From: an uncultured Alphaproteobacteria bacterium
Lineage (GTDB): Bacteria > Pseudomonadota > Alphaproteobacteria > CAVTAV01
DNA: 64,000 nt
Direction: 5' to 3'
NCBI GenBank assembly: GCA_963821875.1
Contig: CAWGFE010000004.1
Span: 52,692-116,691 of the forward strand
Shown: positions 62,902 to 64,000 of the stretch, in pieces
How positions within the stretch are numbered: position 1 is the stretch's first letter
Layout: each line of letters begins with the position of its first letter
Position numbers and translations under genes: made by a program
Notes under the pieces: model-generated
Seen by the model: only the letters and a program-made list of their open reading frames with translations
Databases searched by the model: none
What the model was told of the DNA's origin: nothing

Positions 62902-64000
62902 ATGGCTGGCAGACTTAGCAAGCATCCCATCCTCGGCGTGGCGATCGTCTTCGTGATCGCCGTGGTTGGCGCGTTCGGATACCGTTTCTATACGGCTCAA
63001 CAGCAGCATTTCGGCCGCAAGCAGGGCCCGACCCCGGTTGTGATCGCGCCCGTGCAGAACGTCATGTTCGTCGATCGGATCAGTTCGGTCGGCACGGCCG
63101 AGGCGAATGAGTTCGTGACGTTGACGGCCAAGGTGACCGAGACGGTGAGTAAAGTCCGGTTCGACGACGGCGATTTCGTCGACAAGGGCGATATCCTGGT
63201 CGAGATGACCAATGCGCAGGAAAGCGCGCTGTTGGCCGAGGCCGAAGCCAATCTGCAGCAGGCCCAGCGCGAATATGACCGGACCTCGGATCTGGTGAAG
63301 CAGGGCGTGGCGACGCGGTCCCGTATGGATACGGCGACCGCCGGGCTGAAATCGGCCAAGGCGAAGGTCGACGGCATTCTCGCCCAGTTGAACGATCGCC
63401 TCATTCGCGCGCCGTTCTCCGGCATTCTGGGATTCCGTAACGTCAGCGATGGCACATTGCTGACGCCGACCACGCCGATCACGACGCTCGACGACATCAG
63501 CGTCATCAAGCTCGATTTTGCGGTGCCCGAAATTGATCTTGCGGCTCTGCATCCGGGCCTCGAGATCGAGGCGACGAGTTCGGCCTATCCCGGCAAGGTT
63601 TTCAAGGGCGTCGTGCGGACGGTCAATTCCCGCGTCGATCCCGCCACCCGCGCGGTCACCGTGCGGGCCGAGGTCAAGAACAAGGACCGCTCGCTGCGCC
63701 CCGGCATGTTGCTGAACGTCAATCTGATCAGGAGCCGCGGCACCGTCCTCGCAATCCCCGAGGGCGCGCTCGTTCCGGTTCAGGACAAGCAGTATGTCTA
63801 TGTTCTGAGCGGCGACGCTACGGCTCATCGCCGCGAAGTGACGATCGGCCGGCGGCGTCCGGGCATGGTCGAGATCAAGGACGGATTGAAGCTCGGCGAC
63901 AAGGTCATTTCGCAGGGCACTCTGGATGTTCGGGATGGCGACAAGGTGGAAGTGGTGTCTCAGGAGAAGCCCCTCGTAGGGGACGGTCAGCACGCGCCGA
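62902..64000 (+). CDS. RND efflux periplasmic adaptor (AcrA-like), 3' end outside window
   Basis: Translated by hand from ATG 62902: TM anchor, F.DGDFV.KGDILV, IRAPFSG, RVDPATR, LRPGM; absent from the ORF track because no stop lies in the window. Confidence 0.9.
   Translation, partial: MAGRLSKHPILGVAIVFVIAVVGAFGYRFYTAQQQHFGRKQGPTPVVIAPVQNVMFVDRISSVGTAEANEFVTLTAKVTETVSKVRFDDGDFVDKGDILVEMTNAQESALLAEAEANLQQAQREYDRTSDLVKQGVATRSRMDTATAGLKSAKAKVDGILAQLNDRLIRAPFSGILGFRNVSDGTLLTPTTPITTLDDISVIKLDFAVPEIDLAALHPGLEIEATSSAYPGKVFKGVVRTVNSRVDPATRAVTVRAEVKNKDRSLRPGMLLNVNLIRSRGTVLAIPEGALVPVQDKQYVYVLSGDATAHRREVTIGRRRPGMVEIKDGLKLGDKVISQGTLDVRDGDKVEVVSQEKPLVGDGQHAP

Overview
A high-GC chromosomal window from an alphaproteobacterium (inferred from purL-bolA-grxD, glmU/gph and glyQ-glyS-ppdK synteny, a class II DAHP synthase and SigF/NrsF). 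It is mostly housekeeping genes: purL, rpsD, trmJ, cimA, cysS, gltX, nadE, gor, wecB, glmS, glmU, gph, tRNA-Val(CAC), msrA, olsBA, fhs, glyQS, ppdK and pepN. gltX, nadE and glmS each carry a single-base frameshift, most likely sequence errors. I found no CRISPR array, rRNA, integrase or transposase. Accessory modules of interest: (1) a Braun-lipoprotein/OprI-like alanine-zipper lipoprotein ending in Lys, convergent with a YcfS/ErfK-type L,D-transpeptidase, a candidate Lpp-type envelope tether in a class thought to use mainly beta-barrel tethers; (2) an uncharacterised four-gene module (MetE-like Zn enzyme, class III CoA-transferase, citrate-synthase-fold lyase, carboxymuconolactone-decarboxylase-family protein); (3) a complete SigF/NrsF-linked bufferin-type MNIO RiPP cluster with an exact GTAACC-N16-CGAA promoter and a precursor carrying an extra Met/His-rich segment; (4) an Asp/Asn beta-hydroxylase-PDZ fusion between glmU and gph; (5) a sulfotransferase between purL and bolA; (6) two atypical c-di-GMP proteins. 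All calls come from motif recognition by eye; no database searches were run.
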